Source: an uncultured Oscillospiraceae bacterium (GTDB lineage Bacteria > Bacillota > Clostridia > Oscillospirales > Acutalibacteraceae). From it: a stretch of DNA of 45,210 nt. Below the pieces are notes generated by a model that saw only the letters and a program-made list of their open reading frames with translations, was not told the DNA's origin and searched no databases. Below, piece by piece: positions 29,316 to 39,171 of the stretch; within the stretch, counting starts at the first letter, position 1; each line of letters starts with the position of its first letter. Position numbers and translations under genes: made by a program. Where the stretch lies: assembly GCA_902478605.1 (NCBI GenBank), contig CABSLQ010000021.1:1-45210 (forward strand). Reading direction: 5' to 3'.

Positions 29316-30791
29316 ATGAATGATTATGATGTGCTCATCGCAGGCAGCGGCGTGGCCGGCCTGTATGCGGCGCTGAACTTTGCCTCCGACGTGCGCGTCC
29401 TTGTGCTCTCCAAGCGGGAGTTCACCCTGTGCAACAGTTTTCTCGCACAGGGCGGCGTGGCCGCCGTCGTGGATAAAGAAAACGACGATTACCGGCTGCA
29501 TATCGCCGACACCCTCATCGCCGGCGGGTACAAGAACGATCTGCGCAGCCTTGAAATTCTGGTCAACGAGGGACCGGAGGACGTGCTCCGTCTTATCAAG
29601 GAGATGCACGTGGATTTTGACCGCGATTCGGAGCACCACATTTCCATGACGCTGGAGGGCGGCCATTCCCGCCGCCGTATCCTGCACCACAAGGATTCCA
29701 CCGGCCGCGAAATCACCCAGAAGCTGTTTGAAGCGGCGCAGACCCACCCCAACATCACCTTCCTCGAATACGCGCAGCTCGCCACCCTTACGCCGGCGGA
29801 AGGCGGTTTCTGGGCCGGGCTGCTCGTGAACGGGGAGTACCGTGCCCTGACCTGCTCCTACTGCATTCTGTGCACGGGCGGCATCGGCCGCGTCTATCCG
29901 TATACCACCAATTCTGCCATCGCCACGGGCGACGGCATCACCCTCGCCTACGAGCTGGGCGCCCGCATTAAAAACCTGCGCTATGTCCAGTTCCATCCCA
30001 CCGCCTTTGCGGCCGCCCAGGGGCGGGAACGCTTCCTGATTTCGGAGGCGGTGCGCGGCGAAGGCGCGCTGCTGCTCAATTGCCGCAAGGAGCGGTTCAT
30101 GAGCACCTACGACGAGCGGGGCGAGCTGGCCCCCCGTGACGTGGTGTCGCGCAGCATCATGAAGGAGGCCGCCCGCACCGGCAGCGAAGAATTTTACCTG
30201 GATATCCGCTTCCGGGGCGAAACCTTCATCAAAAACCGGTTCCCCATGATTTACGAGCGCTGCCTGGAGGAAGGGGTGGACATCACCAGCGACTGCATCC
30301 CCGTCTTCCCCTGCCAGCATTATCTGATGGGCGGCATCGACGTGAACGTGTACGGCGACACCACGGTGGACCGCCTGTACGCCGCGGGCGAATGCTCCCA
30401 CACCGGTGTGCACGGACTCAACCGCCTGGCGAGCAACTCGCTGCTCGAGGCGCTGGTTTTCGCCCGGCGCACCACCTACGATATCAGCCGCCGCATGCGC
30501 CACGAGACAAGCGGCGTCAGCACCCTCGCCCCCGCCGTCCCCTCCGGCGGCCGCGCCCTGTCGCCCGGCCACCGCACCCGTATCCGGGAGATCATGCAGA
30601 AGGCGTGGTTCGTCATCCCCGACTATGAGGCGGTGGAGCCCGGCCTGCACGAAGCGGAAGAGATTCTGCGCGATCTGCGGGAAGGGGATTATGCCCTGAC
30701 AAGCGATTATATCGAGGCCAAGAGCCTCGCCACCGTTTGTTCCATCATCCTGCGTGAAGTGGACGAACAGGTGATCCACCAACAAGTCTAA
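29316..30791 (+). CDS. nadB: L-aspartate oxidase NadB
   Basis: FAD-binding MNDYDVLIAGSGVAGL; succinate dehydrogenase/fumarate reductase flavoprotein family. The track ORF begins at 28959 but I start it at ATG 29316. Confidence 0.93.
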   Translation: MNDYDVLIAGSGVAGLYAALNFASDVRVLVLSKREFTLCNSFLAQGGVAAVVDKENDDYRLHIADTLIAGGYKNDLRSLEILVNEGPEDVLRLIKEMHVDFDRDSEHHISMTLEGGHSRRRILHHKDSTGREITQKLFEAAQTHPNITFLEYAQLATLTPAEGGFWAGLLVNGEYRALTCSYCILCTGGIGRVYPYTTNSAIATGDGITLAYELGARIKNLRYVQFHPTAFAAAQGRERFLISEAVRGEGALLLNCRKERFMSTYDERGELAPRDVVSRSIMKEAARTGSEEFYLDIRFRGETFIKNRFPMIYERCLEEGVDITSDCIPVFPCQHYLMGGIDVNVYGDTTVDRLYAAGECSHTGVHGLNRLASNSLLEALVFARRTTYDISRRMRHETSGVSTLAPAVPSGGRALSPGHRTRIREIMQKAWFVIPDYEAVEPGLHEAEEILRDLREGDYALTSDYIEAKSLATVCSIILREVDEQVIHQQV

Positions 30792-30804
30792 GGAGGTTTC
30801 CGGC

Positions 30805-31641
30805 ATGCAGCTTCCCTATCTGTATGTGGACGATATTATCCGCACCGCCCTGCGGGAGGATATCCACTATCTGGACACCACCACCGATCTGATGATCGAG
30901 GAGAATGCCCGCACCACCGCCCGCTTCATGGCTAAGGCGGAGGGCGTGGTCTGCGGCCTGGACGTGGCGCTGCGCGTGTTCGAGCTGCTCGATCCCACCT
31001 TTACCGCCAAAGTGCTGCTGCCCGAGGGCAGCACGGTCGCGTACGGCGACATTATCGCCGAGCTGGAGGGCAACACCCGCGCGCTGCTCAAGGGGGAACG
31101 CACCGCCCTCAACCTGCTGCAGCACATGTCGGGCGTGGCAAGTGCCACCCGCCGGGCCGTCAAGCTGGTGGAAGGCACTAAAGCGTCCATCACCGACACC
31201 CGCAAAACGCTGCCCGGCCTGCGTGCGCTGCAGAAATACGCCGTGACGGTGGGCGGCGGCAAAAACCACCGCTTCAACCTGTCGGACGGCGCCATGCTTA
31301 AGGACAACCACATCGACGCCGCGGGCGGCATTCCGCAGGCGGTCGCCGCCATCCGGGAAAAGCTCGGCCATATGGTCAAGCTGGAGGTGGAGACACGTAA
31401 CCTTGACGAAGTGCGGCAGGCGCTCGAAGCGGGCGCCGATGTTATCATGCTGGACAACATGGACTGCGCCGTCATGAAAGCGGCGGCGGACTATGTCGCG
31501 GGCCGCGCCCTGCTCGAAGCGAGCGGCGGCATTACAGACGAGACGCTGCGCGCCGTGGCCGAAACGGGCGTGGACATCATTTCCATCGGCGCCTTGACCC
31601 ATTCGGTCAAGGCGATGGATATCTCCATGAAGATACGGTAA
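30805..31641 (+). CDS. nadC: nicotinate-nucleotide pyrophosphorylase (carboxylating) NadC
   Basis: 278 aa; QPRTase family. Confidence 0.93.
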   Translation: MQLPYLYVDDIIRTALREDIHYLDTTTDLMIEENARTTARFMAKAEGVVCGLDVALRVFELLDPTFTAKVLLPEGSTVAYGDIIAELEGNTRALLKGERTALNLLQHMSGVASATRRAVKLVEGTKASITDTRKTLPGLRALQKYAVTVGGGKNHRFNLSDGAMLKDNHIDAAGGIPQAVAAIREKLGHMVKLEVETRNLDEVRQALEAGADVIMLDNMDCAVMKAAADYVAGRALLEASGGITDETLRAVAETGVDIISIGALTHSVKAMDISMKIR

Positions 31642-31650
31642 AGCAAAAAA

Positions 31651-31691
31651 GTCCCCGCAGAGCATCGGCTCTGCGGGGACCTTTGTTGTTT
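31651..31691 (+). terminator. rho-independent terminator of the nad operon
   Basis: GTCCCCGCAGAGC-ATCG-GCTCTGCGGGGAC followed by CTTTGTTGTTT. Confidence 0.75.
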
Positions 31692-31779
31692 ACCGCCGAA
31701 AAAAAGAACGGACTCCCTAAAGGGGGGCAGACGGACATTCTCTCCCGCCAGGCTGGCAGCCGGCCGCCTCTCCCACTCT

Positions 31780-32556
31780 TTACTCCTGATGGAACCGCGC
31801 GAGAAAGGCGCGGGTGCGTTCGCTCTGCGGGTTGTCGATGACCTGCTGCGGGTCGCCCTGCTCCACGATGACGCCGCCGTCCATGAAAATGATTCGGTCA
31901 GACACGTCGCGCGCAAAGGCCATCTCATGGGTGACCACCACCATGGTCATATGCTCTTCGGCGAGGGAACGGATCACCTTGAGAATCTCCCCCGTCAGCT
32001 CAGGATCGAGCGCCGAGGTGGGCTCGTCAAAAAAGAGGATATCCGGATGCATGGCCAGCGCCCGCGCAATGGCCACCCGCTGCTGCTGCCCGCCGGACAG
32101 TTCACAGGGATAAGCATTCTCTTTTTCCTCCAGGCCGACCTTGCGCAGCAGTTCGCGTGCCTCGGCCTCCGCCTCCTCCCGACGGCGGCCCGCCACCCGG
32201 ATGGGCGCTTCGGTCAGATTGTGCAGCACCGACATATGCGGGAACAGATTGAAATTCTGGAATACCAGCCCGAACCGGCGGCGGATCTGCTGCAGGACCG
32301 CCTTGCTGCTGTATTGCCCCGGCTTGCCGGTACGGGGATCGGCGGCCACCATGGTCAGATCGCCGTACACAATCGTTCCCGCGTCCACCTTTTCGAGCAG
32401 CGTCAGGCACCGCAGCAGCGTGGACTTTCCCGAACCGGAGGGGCCGATGATGGACAGTACCTCGCCCTGATTGACGTCAAAGGAGATGCCCTTGAGCACC
32501 TGATTTTTGCCAAAAGCCTTGGAAATCTCCTGTGCAGAAAGCAGATTCACCGTCAT
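31780..32556 (-). CDS. polar amino acid ABC transporter ATP-binding protein
   Basis: 258 aa; Walker [25 protein letters not shown] signature, Walker [13 protein letters not shown]. GlnQ/HisP-type. Confidence 0.92.
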   Translation of the reverse strand: MTVNLLSAQEISKAFGKNQVLKGISFDVNQGEVLSIIGPSGSGKSTLLRCLTLLEKVDAGTIVYGDLTMVAADPRTGKPGQYSSKAVLQQIRRRFGLVFQNFNLFPHMSVLHNLTEAPIRVAGRRREEAEAEARELLRKVGLEEKENAYPCELSGGQQQRVAIARALAMHPDILFFDEPTSALDPELTGEILKVIRSLAEEHMTMVVVTHEMAFARDVSDRIIFMDGGVIVEQGDPQQVIDNPQSERTRAFLARFHQE

Positions 32557-32565
32557 TCCCTCCCG

Positions 32566-33243
32566 TCAATGATAGTAATCGAGGCGCTTTTCCGCCAGCT
32601 TGAAGGCCACGTTGACCACAGCGTTCATCACCAGATAAAACGCGCCCGCCACAAAAATCGGCTCCACCGAAAAATACTTGCTCGTCGCGGTATTGGCCAG
32701 CTGAAAAATCTCCGCCACGCCGATGACCTGCGCCAGTGAGGTGTCCTTGACCAGCGTCATGAACTCGTTGCTCATGGGCGGCAGAATCTTTTTGACCACC
32801 TGCGGCAGCACGATGCGGAAAAAGGTATGGCTTTTGGAAAAGCCCAGTACATTGGCGGCCTCCCGCTGCCCGACGGGAACGCCTTCGATGCCGCCGCGGT
32901 AAATCTCCGCAAAATACGCGGCATAGTTGAGGGAAAAGGCCAATATGGCCGCCTGGAATCGATCCAGGCTGATTGTCACGCCCAATGCCCGGCCAATCTG
33001 ATCGGGCACAAAATAGAAAAAGATAAGCTGCAATATCAGCGGCGTACCACGCATGACCAGCAAATAGATCTGTATCAGCCAGCTCAGCGGTTTGAAGCGC
33101 GACATACGCCCGAGCGCCACCACCAGTCCCAGCGGCAGCGCAAACAGCAGGGTGAGCCCGAAAACCAGCAGCGTGGTGAGGCTGGCCTCCAGCATATTTT
33201 GTATCAGCAGCCACAATTGGGATGAATTCATGGTGCGGGCCAT
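32566..33243 (-). CDS. polar amino acid ABC transporter permease (His/Glu/Gln/Arg/opine family)
   Basis: 225 aa, 5-6 TM segments, EAA-like loop (…AANVLGFSKSHTFFRIVLPQ…). Confidence 0.9.
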   Translation of the reverse strand: MARTMNSSQLWLLIQNMLEASLTTLLVFGLTLLFALPLGLVVALGRMSRFKPLSWLIQIYLLVMRGTPLILQLIFFYFVPDQIGRALGVTISLDRFQAAILAFSLNYAAYFAEIYRGGIEGVPVGQREAANVLGFSKSHTFFRIVLPQVVKKILPPMSNEFMTLVKDTSLAQVIGVAEIFQLANTATSKYFSVEPIFVAGAFYLVMNAVVNVAFKLAEKRLDYYH

Positions 33244-33391
33244 TCCTTTCTTGTACTAGTCTTCCGTCCGCGGGATGGGGAACCGTATTGAAAAAGGCCG
33301 GAGCACGCTGCAATACGCCGTAATTCATACGAGGCAACATGCATAAGTATCCGTATAGAGGCAGAAATACACATTTTTTCTTCTAAAGACA

Positions 33392-33426
33392 CGAAATGTG
33401 GGCCGTCAAACAAGGCCCACATTTCG
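33392..33426 (-). terminator. intra-operon hairpin between the binding-protein and permease genes (attenuator/partial terminator)
   Basis: 13-bp perfect stem CGAAATGTGGGCC / GGCCCACATTTCG with a 9-nt loop. The flanks are only moderately U-rich. Confidence 0.45.
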
Positions 33427-33456
33427 GCTTTGTGGATCGCGTTCACCGATCTCCTT

Positions 33457-34317
33457 TTACTCGGTCACCTTAGCGAGCTGATCCTCGTGGTTGACGTAAT
33501 ACCGCGCCACCACTTCATCGAGAATCACCGCATCGCTGCCGCCCTTGCTCAGATCGTTGAGCGCCAGCACGTTGTTGTCCACCATAATCGGCGCGCCGCC
33601 CTTGAGGCTGGCCTTCACGTCGGGCTTGCCGTCGAGTGCTTCCACCGCGGAGGAACCGCTCTGCAGCACCACCGACTTGTCTTTCAGATCTGCCAGTGTC
33701 TGGATATCGGAATCCTCCATCACCACCACGACCTGCCGGTTCACCATATACGGCTCGGACAGGGTGAGCGCCGCCTCGCGATCGGCGGTTTTGGTGAAGC
33801 CGTTCCACAGGCAGTCCACCTTGCCCTCGTTAAGCATGTTGACATTGGCTTTCCAATCAATCGGCGAGGGGGACAGTTCAACGCCCAGCTTCTCGCACAC
33901 CGCGCGGGCCACATCGACGTCAAACCCGACAATCTCCCAATTGTCATCGCGGAAACCCATGGGCGGGAACGCCTCGTCCATACCCATGACCAGCTCGCCG
34001 GCCTCCTTGACCTTCTGGAGTGAATCATCGGTGGCTTCCGTCTCGGTATAGGTGTCCGGCACGATGATCTTGTCCTCGCCGAACCATTTCGTGCTGATTT
34101 CGGCCAGGGTACCGTCATTTTTCAATTCGACAAGCGCCTTCATCACGGCATTGCGCAGGCTTTCGTTTCCTTTTTTAAAGCCGATGACGTACTCCTCATC
34201 CGCCAGCGTCTCGTCCAGAATCCGATACCCTTTCTGCGCATTGCCGCCGCAGCCCGCCAGAAGCAGGACCGCCATCAACGACGCCAGAACAACCGCCATG
34301 ATTTTCTTCATACGCAA
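33457..34317 (-). CDS. amino acid ABC transporter substrate-binding lipoprotein
   Basis: 286 aa; signal peptide with lipobox LLAGC; periplasmic binding protein family 3 fold. Confidence 0.9.
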   Translation of the reverse strand: MRMKKIMAVVLASLMAVLLLAGCGGNAQKGYRILDETLADEEYVIGFKKGNESLRNAVMKALVELKNDGTLAEISTKWFGEDKIIVPDTYTETEATDDSLQKVKEAGELVMGMDEAFPPMGFRDDNWEIVGFDVDVARAVCEKLGVELSPSPIDWKANVNMLNEGKVDCLWNGFTKTADREAALTLSEPYMVNRQVVVVMEDSDIQTLADLKDKSVVLQSGSSAVEALDGKPDVKASLKGGAPIMVDNNVLALNDLSKGGSDAVILDEVVARYYVNHEDQLAKVTE

Positions 34318-34638
34318 CTCCCTCTATTCGTATGTGTATTGCTTTCGGTGTCTTTCGACACATGTACCTGCATATTATAACACCACCATGCTACCAAAGT
34401 AAAGTGGCAAAATTCTATAAAGATACGTTCCCTCTTTCTTTCGCCTCCTGTTATATATGCGATTTTCAAAGAAAATACGAGATATTCTTTAAAAACAAGA
34501 GTAATCAGGAGATAAATGCGATTTATTTACCTTTTATCCTATCCGCTATTCCCCCGTCGCCTTTGAAGTTCACATGACCATGTGATATAATCTATCCGAA
34601 CTCAAAAAGATGTCGAACGAGCTTAAGAAGTAGGTGAC

Positions 34639-35223
34639 ATGAACATGACACATCCATACCTGCCTGGCACGGTGCTGCCTCTTCCGGAAGGGGAAACGGA
34701 CAATGCCTTTGCCCTGCTCGAACCGGTGTTTGCGGTATCGGGCGGCGGCCTGCTGCTGTCCCAGCTGACCGAAATGACGGGGCTGAGTCCCACCACCATC
34801 CAGAACTGGGTCAAACGGGGCTGGGTTTCCAAGCCAGTGAATAAGAAGTACAGCGAAGTGCAGGTGGCGCGCATTCTGCTCATCAACCTGCTGCGCCCGG
34901 CCATGCAGCTCGAGCGTATCGCCGCCCTGCTCGCCTGCGTCAACGGCAGCGTGGAGGATCGGGCGGACGACATCATTCCCGAGCCGGCCCTGTACAACCT
35001 GGTCTGTGCCGGTCTTTTCGCACTCCGGCGTCAAAAACGCGTGGATCACGAGTCGGTCATAACCCTCATCGATGCGCAGCTTGAGGGTTATGAGGGACCC
35101 GTGCCCGGTGCAAAGGAACGTCTCGCCAATGCCCTGGCGGTGATGCTGCTCAACATTGCAGCCGCCGCCCTGATGCAGCAGGCGGACGCCCTTTTCGACC
35201 ATATGCAGCACGGTCCTGCATGA
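34639..35223 (+). CDS. hypothetical HTH-containing protein (possibly DUF1836 family)
   Basis: 194 aa; MerR-like segment LSQLTEMTGLSPTTIQNWVKRGWV. TG-extended -10 TGtgaTATAAT with -35 TTGAAG about 60 nt upstream. The overlapping minus-strand ORF 34570..35211 is judged antisense. Confidence 0.5.
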   Translation: MNMTHPYLPGTVLPLPEGETDNAFALLEPVFAVSGGGLLLSQLTEMTGLSPTTIQNWVKRGWVSKPVNKKYSEVQVARILLINLLRPAMQLERIAALLACVNGSVEDRADDIIPEPALYNLVCAGLFALRRQKRVDHESVITLIDAQLEGYEGPVPGAKERLANALAVMLLNIAAAALMQQADALFDHMQHGPA

Positions 35224-35274
35224 TTTCAGGCCTGAACCTCATGCGGCAAATTCATCTTGGAAAGGAAGGTACCT

Positions 35275-35934
35275 ATGCTTGACTGGTGGAATTCCCTGCC
35301 GCTGCTGCAGCAGCTTCTGTATGTCGTGGCGATACCCGCGACCCTCATTCTTCTGATTCAGACCATCCTGACCCTCATCGGCATCGGCCATGACGGCGGC
35401 GCCGAGGTGGATCATGACGGCAGCATCGATCACGACGGCAGTCTGGACCACGGCCACTGCATCGATCACGATGCGGGCCAGCACGAAACCTCCCATGACA
35501 GCGGACTGCAGCTGCTGACGCTGCGGGGAATCGTCGCCTTCTTCACCATGTTCGGCTGGGTGGGCATCGCCCTGCTGGATATGGGCGTGCCGGCCCTCAT
35601 CGCCATTCCCCTCGCGGTGGTCTGCGGTGCCATTGCCCTGTTTCTGGTGGCCATTTTGCTGCACCTGCTTATGGGCATGCAGCAGAGCGGCAACCTCGAT
35701 ATGCGCAACGCCATCGGCCTGGAGGGTGAGGTTTATGTCCCCATCTCCCCGCAGATGAAGGGCAAGGTCAACGTCATCCTGCAGGAACGGCTGACCGAGC
35801 TGGACGCCATCTGCCTTGACCATTCTCTGAAGACCGGGCAGCGTGTGCGCATCACCGGCATGACCGGCGACGACGTGGCAGTGGTCGTTCCCCTGGACGA
35901 AACCGCACCGCCGGCACCGTGGACAACACCGTAA
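35275..35934 (+). CDS. NfeD-family membrane protein (YuaF-like)
   Basis: N-terminal TM helices plus a C-terminal OB-fold (…VYVPISPQMKGKVNVILQERL…VRITGMTGDDVAVVVP). Placed immediately upstream of the flotillin gene. Start at ATG 35275 with a GGAAGG RBS. Confidence 0.75.
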   Translation: MLDWWNSLPLLQQLLYVVAIPATLILLIQTILTLIGIGHDGGAEVDHDGSIDHDGSLDHGHCIDHDAGQHETSHDSGLQLLTLRGIVAFFTMFGWVGIALLDMGVPALIAIPLAVVCGAIALFLVAILLHLLMGMQQSGNLDMRNAIGLEGEVYVPISPQMKGKVNVILQERLTELDAICLDHSLKTGQRVRITGMTGDDVAVVVPLDETAPPAPWTTP

Positions 35935-36017
35935 GGCAGGTCCTGTCCACCGGTCGCATTCCCCGCAAATTGTATGCAAGGGGCTTGTCCCCTGAAAATG
36001 AAAAAGGAGTGTAGAGT

Positions 36018-37475
36018 ATGTTTCATCCCCTGCTTGCGGCTTCCATCCCCGGTTCGGTTGTGGTGGCCATCGTGGTCGCGGTGCTGCTGGCGTTCAGCCT
36101 GCTGCTGTTCTTCATCTCCCGCTACCGCCGCTGCCCCTCCGACAAGGTTATGGTCATCTACGGCCGTGTCGGCCAGAACAAGGACGGTACCGCCCGCTCG
36201 GCCAAATGTATCCACGGCGGCGCCGCCTTCATCAAGCCGATTGTCCAGGCGTATGAATACCTTGACCTGACCCCCATGTCTATCAGCGTGGATCTGAAAA
36301 ACGCGCTGTCCCGGCAGAATATCCGCATCGACGTGCCCGCCCGCTTCACCGTCGGCATTTCGACCGAACCGGGCACCATGCAGAACGCCGCCGAGCGCCT
36401 GCTGGGCCTCAAGCTGGCGGAAATTCAGGAACTGGCCAAGGACATCATCTTCGGACAGATGCGCCTGATCATCGCCACCATGCAGATCGAGGAGATCAAC
36501 ACCGACCGCGATAAATTCCTGGAAGCGGTTTCCGCCTGCGTGGAAAGCGAGCTGCGTAAAATCGGCCTGCGCCTTATCAACGTGAACGTGACCGACATCA
36601 GCGACGAGTCGGGATACATCGAAGCACTGGGTAAGGAAGCGGCCGCCAAGGCCATCAACGAGGCCCGTATTCAGGTGGCCGAACGCAACCGCGAAGGTTC
36701 CATCGGTGAAGCAAACGCCGTACGCGACCAGCGTGTATCGGTCGCCGCGGCCAACGCCACCGCCGTGGACGGCGAAAACAAGGCGAAGGCTGACGTGGCC
36801 AATTCGGACGCCACCCGCCGCGAGCTGGAAGCCGACGCACTGCGCCGCGCCGTGACGGCCGAAAAGCTGGCCGAGGCCAAGGCGAAGGAAGAAGCCTACA
36901 CCGCGCAGCAGGTGGCCGAGAAGGCGCGTGCCGCCCTGGAACTGGCCACCCAGCAGGCCGACATCATCGTCAACGCCCAAATCGAAAAAGAGAAAAAGGT
37001 GCTCGAGGCGGAAGCCGAAGCGGAGCAAACCCGCCGTCTCGCCAAAGGTGAAGCGGACGCTATCCTGGCCAAGATGGAAGCGCAGGGTAATGGTATCAAA
37101 GAGATCCTCTCCAAGCAGGCCGAAGGCTTTGCGGAGCTGGTCAAGGCCGCGGGCAACGCCGACGCCGCCGTGCAGATGATGCTCGTCGACAAGATCGAGG
37201 AGCTGACCAAGATCCAGGTGGAAGCTATCAAGAACCTGAGCATCGACAAGATCACCGTGTGGGACAGCATGAACGGCAAGGACGGCAGTCCCACGACCGC
37301 CAACTTTCTCGCCGGCATGATGAAGTCCATCCCGCCCCTGAACGAAACCTTCAAGATGGCCGGTCTGCAGATCCCCTCCTTCCTTGGCAAAGAGGCGGAA
37401 AACGCGCCCGCACAGCCGGCCCCCGAAGAAGAGAACAAAACGCCGGAAGAAACCAAAGAACCGGCGGCCGAATAA
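36018..37475 (+). CDS. floT: flotillin-family protein (SPFH/band 7; FloT/YuaG-like)
   Basis: 485 aa; N-terminal TM segment, SPFH domain, long Ala/Glu-rich coiled coil (EA repeats). Confidence 0.9.
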   Translation: MFHPLLAASIPGSVVVAIVVAVLLAFSLLLFFISRYRRCPSDKVMVIYGRVGQNKDGTARSAKCIHGGAAFIKPIVQAYEYLDLTPMSISVDLKNALSRQNIRIDVPARFTVGISTEPGTMQNAAERLLGLKLAEIQELAKDIIFGQMRLIIATMQIEEINTDRDKFLEAVSACVESELRKIGLRLINVNVTDISDESGYIEALGKEAAAKAINEARIQVAERNREGSIGEANAVRDQRVSVAAANATAVDGENKAKADVANSDATRRELEADALRRAVTAEKLAEAKAKEEAYTAQQVAEKARAALELATQQADIIVNAQIEKEKKVLEAEAEAEQTRRLAKGEADAILAKMEAQGNGIKEILSKQAEGFAELVKAAGNADAAVQMMLVDKIEELTKIQVEAIKNLSIDKITVWDSMNGKDGSPTTANFLAGMMKSIPPLNETFKMAGLQIPSFLGKEAENAPAQPAPEEENKTPEETKEPAAE

Positions 37476-37486
37476 CCCCGCATACC

Positions 37487-37525
37487 GATGCCCCCAGCCG
37501 CAGCGGCCGGGGGCATCACAATTTT
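37487..37525 (+). terminator. terminator after flotillin gene
   Basis: GATGCCCCCAGCCG…CGGCCGGGGGCATC hairpin followed by ACAATTTTGTGG. Confidence 0.55.
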
Positions 37526-37600
37526 GTGGGGCGGAAAGCCCGGATGGTTGCCCGGCGCGTGCTTGCCTCCTCTTTTTCCCGCCGCCTTTTTGACAGATGA

Positions 37601-37643
37601 ACGCCGCCCCGGCCGAAACAGCCGGGGCGGCGTCTTGTGTTAT
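37601..37643 (+). terminator. second hairpin terminator in the convergent floT/serpin gap
   Basis: ACGCCGCCCCGGC-CGAAACA-GCCGGGGCGGCGT followed by CTTGTGTTAT. Confidence 0.55.
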
Positions 37644-37702
37644 GGAAAGTCTTTGACGGCATTGCCCGCGACCGGTTTCCGCTGCGGGCGCCGTTCGCTT
37701 TT

Positions 37703-39154
37703 TTATACCGCCTGCGGCTGGTTCACCATGCCGCCAAAAAGCACGGCGCCCGTCACGTCGTCCACCAGCGCGCAGAAGAAGGGCCGATCCAGGCAGATGG
37801 TTTTCACCTCATCCGGGTTGGGCCGGGCGCTGGCCGCCGTCATCAAAACGGCCGCAGCGGAGGCGGCAAGCACCCCTTTTTCGTCCATCTCCAGCTCGGT
37901 GCGGTGGATCACCCTCTCCATATACGGTTCCAGCCCGCTCTTACCGTCCGCCATGCGGGAAAAATCTGCCTGGCCCTGCCGGAAGGCCGCCTGTATACCC
38001 ATCGCCTGCAGCACGTCGTTCAGCTCTCCGTCGTAGGACAGCCGGCATTTCGGCACCGTCAAATTGAGCCGCGCCGCCTTGTCCCCGCATTGCGCCACGG
38101 TGCGCAGCTCTTTTGCCGTCAGGCTCCGGAACCACCTGTCCAGCACCGCCGTCCCCTCCTCCTTGGGCAGCACAAAGAGCATCGACGCATCCGCTTCGGC
38201 AAACGCCAGGCGGGTGGCCTGCACCTCGTCGTCCTCGTAATAGGGCGCCCCGATTCTGGAGGTGTGCATCAGCGGCAGGGTCACCGCCTCCTGCGCCCCG
38301 TGGAAAGTGCCTGCCTGCGGTTCCGGGAAGGGCTCTTCCCACTGCCCCTCAAAGAGCAGCGTGTTGACCAATACCATCAGGCCGTCGGGATTCAGCGGTT
38401 CCTTCAGCAAATCGCGGATCCGCCCCGCCGTATTGCCCCACACCCACAAATTGATCTCCTTTTGCAGCGCATCGTCAAAGGACCCGGCGGCCAGCCGGGC
38501 ACCAAAATACTCCCGGTTGACGGCGGTGAAAGCAGGCAGGATATCCGATGCCATCTTTTGATTGACCCAGATGCCGTTAGCCAGCCGGAACTGCTTCTCG
38601 TTCAGCCGGGACTGCAGATCGCGGCAGCCGCGGTTCAGCGCACTGCCGTCCGACACGCCCAGCGCCGCGTATAGCTCCTCCGCCGTTTTACCGGCCGCCC
38701 CGTTTGTCACCATGCCCAGCGCGAGATACACGCTGGCCGGCGACACGAACCCGTTTTGGCCCTCCAGCTGGGCGCGCTGCATGAACTCCAGCGCAAACGC
38801 ATCGTAGCCCGCCGCAAAATCGTTGGAAAGAGCCGCGGCCGGCTCCAGCCCCCTAAGCCGGCCCGGCGGCTGCCCCGTCATATCGTCGTGTACCGTGACA
38901 GCGGTCCGGGTGGCTTTTGACATGGTGGTGGCGGGCTCCGTCGAGTTTTGGATCGTGCGGACCGTCTCAGTGGTGCGCACCGCATCGGTTGTCTGCGCTG
39001 CGTCCGCCGCTTCCCCGGCCGTCGGTTCCGTTGCCGCGGCGGAGAGGGTCGTCTGCGGCGGCCCGCTTTTTCCCGGCGCCGGTGTGCCGCAGGCCGCGCA
39101 CCCCAGCAGCAGCGCCGCCGCGCCGAGCAGGCCCCCCCATCGCGTCTTGTTCAT
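37703..39154 (-). CDS. serpin-family serine protease inhibitor, lipoprotein (paralog 1)
   Basis: 483 aa; lipobox LLGC; NTLLFEGQW breach-like motif, hinge EKGVLAASAAA, C-terminal serpin signature …ICLDRPFFCALVDDVTGAVLFGGMV. Inferred P4-P1 is MTAA. Confidence 0.9.
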   Translation of the reverse strand: MNKTRWGGLLGAAALLLGCAACGTPAPGKSGPPQTTLSAAATEPTAGEAADAAQTTDAVRTTETVRTIQNSTEPATTMSKATRTAVTVHDDMTGQPPGRLRGLEPAAALSNDFAAGYDAFALEFMQRAQLEGQNGFVSPASVYLALGMVTNGAAGKTAEELYAALGVSDGSALNRGCRDLQSRLNEKQFRLANGIWVNQKMASDILPAFTAVNREYFGARLAAGSFDDALQKEINLWVWGNTAGRIRDLLKEPLNPDGLMVLVNTLLFEGQWEEPFPEPQAGTFHGAQEAVTLPLMHTSRIGAPYYEDDEVQATRLAFAEADASMLFVLPKEEGTAVLDRWFRSLTAKELRTVAQCGDKAARLNLTVPKCRLSYDGELNDVLQAMGIQAAFRQGQADFSRMADGKSGLEPYMERVIHRTELEMDEKGVLAASAAAVLMTAASARPNPDEVKTICLDRPFFCALVDDVTGAVLFGGMVNQPQAV

Positions 39155-39171
39155 CTCTCGCCTCTCCTCTC

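Noticed and set aside
34570-35211. 213-aa minus-strand ORF opposite the HTH/DUF1836-like gene
   Set aside because: No motifs and Gly/His/Arg-rich. The plus-strand ORF has an HTH segment, a TG-extended promoter and an operonic position with nfeD-floT. Confidence in this choice is moderate.
35733-37028. 431-aa minus-strand ORF
   Set aside because: Antisense to the flotillin gene; repetitive Gly/Ala/Val composition.
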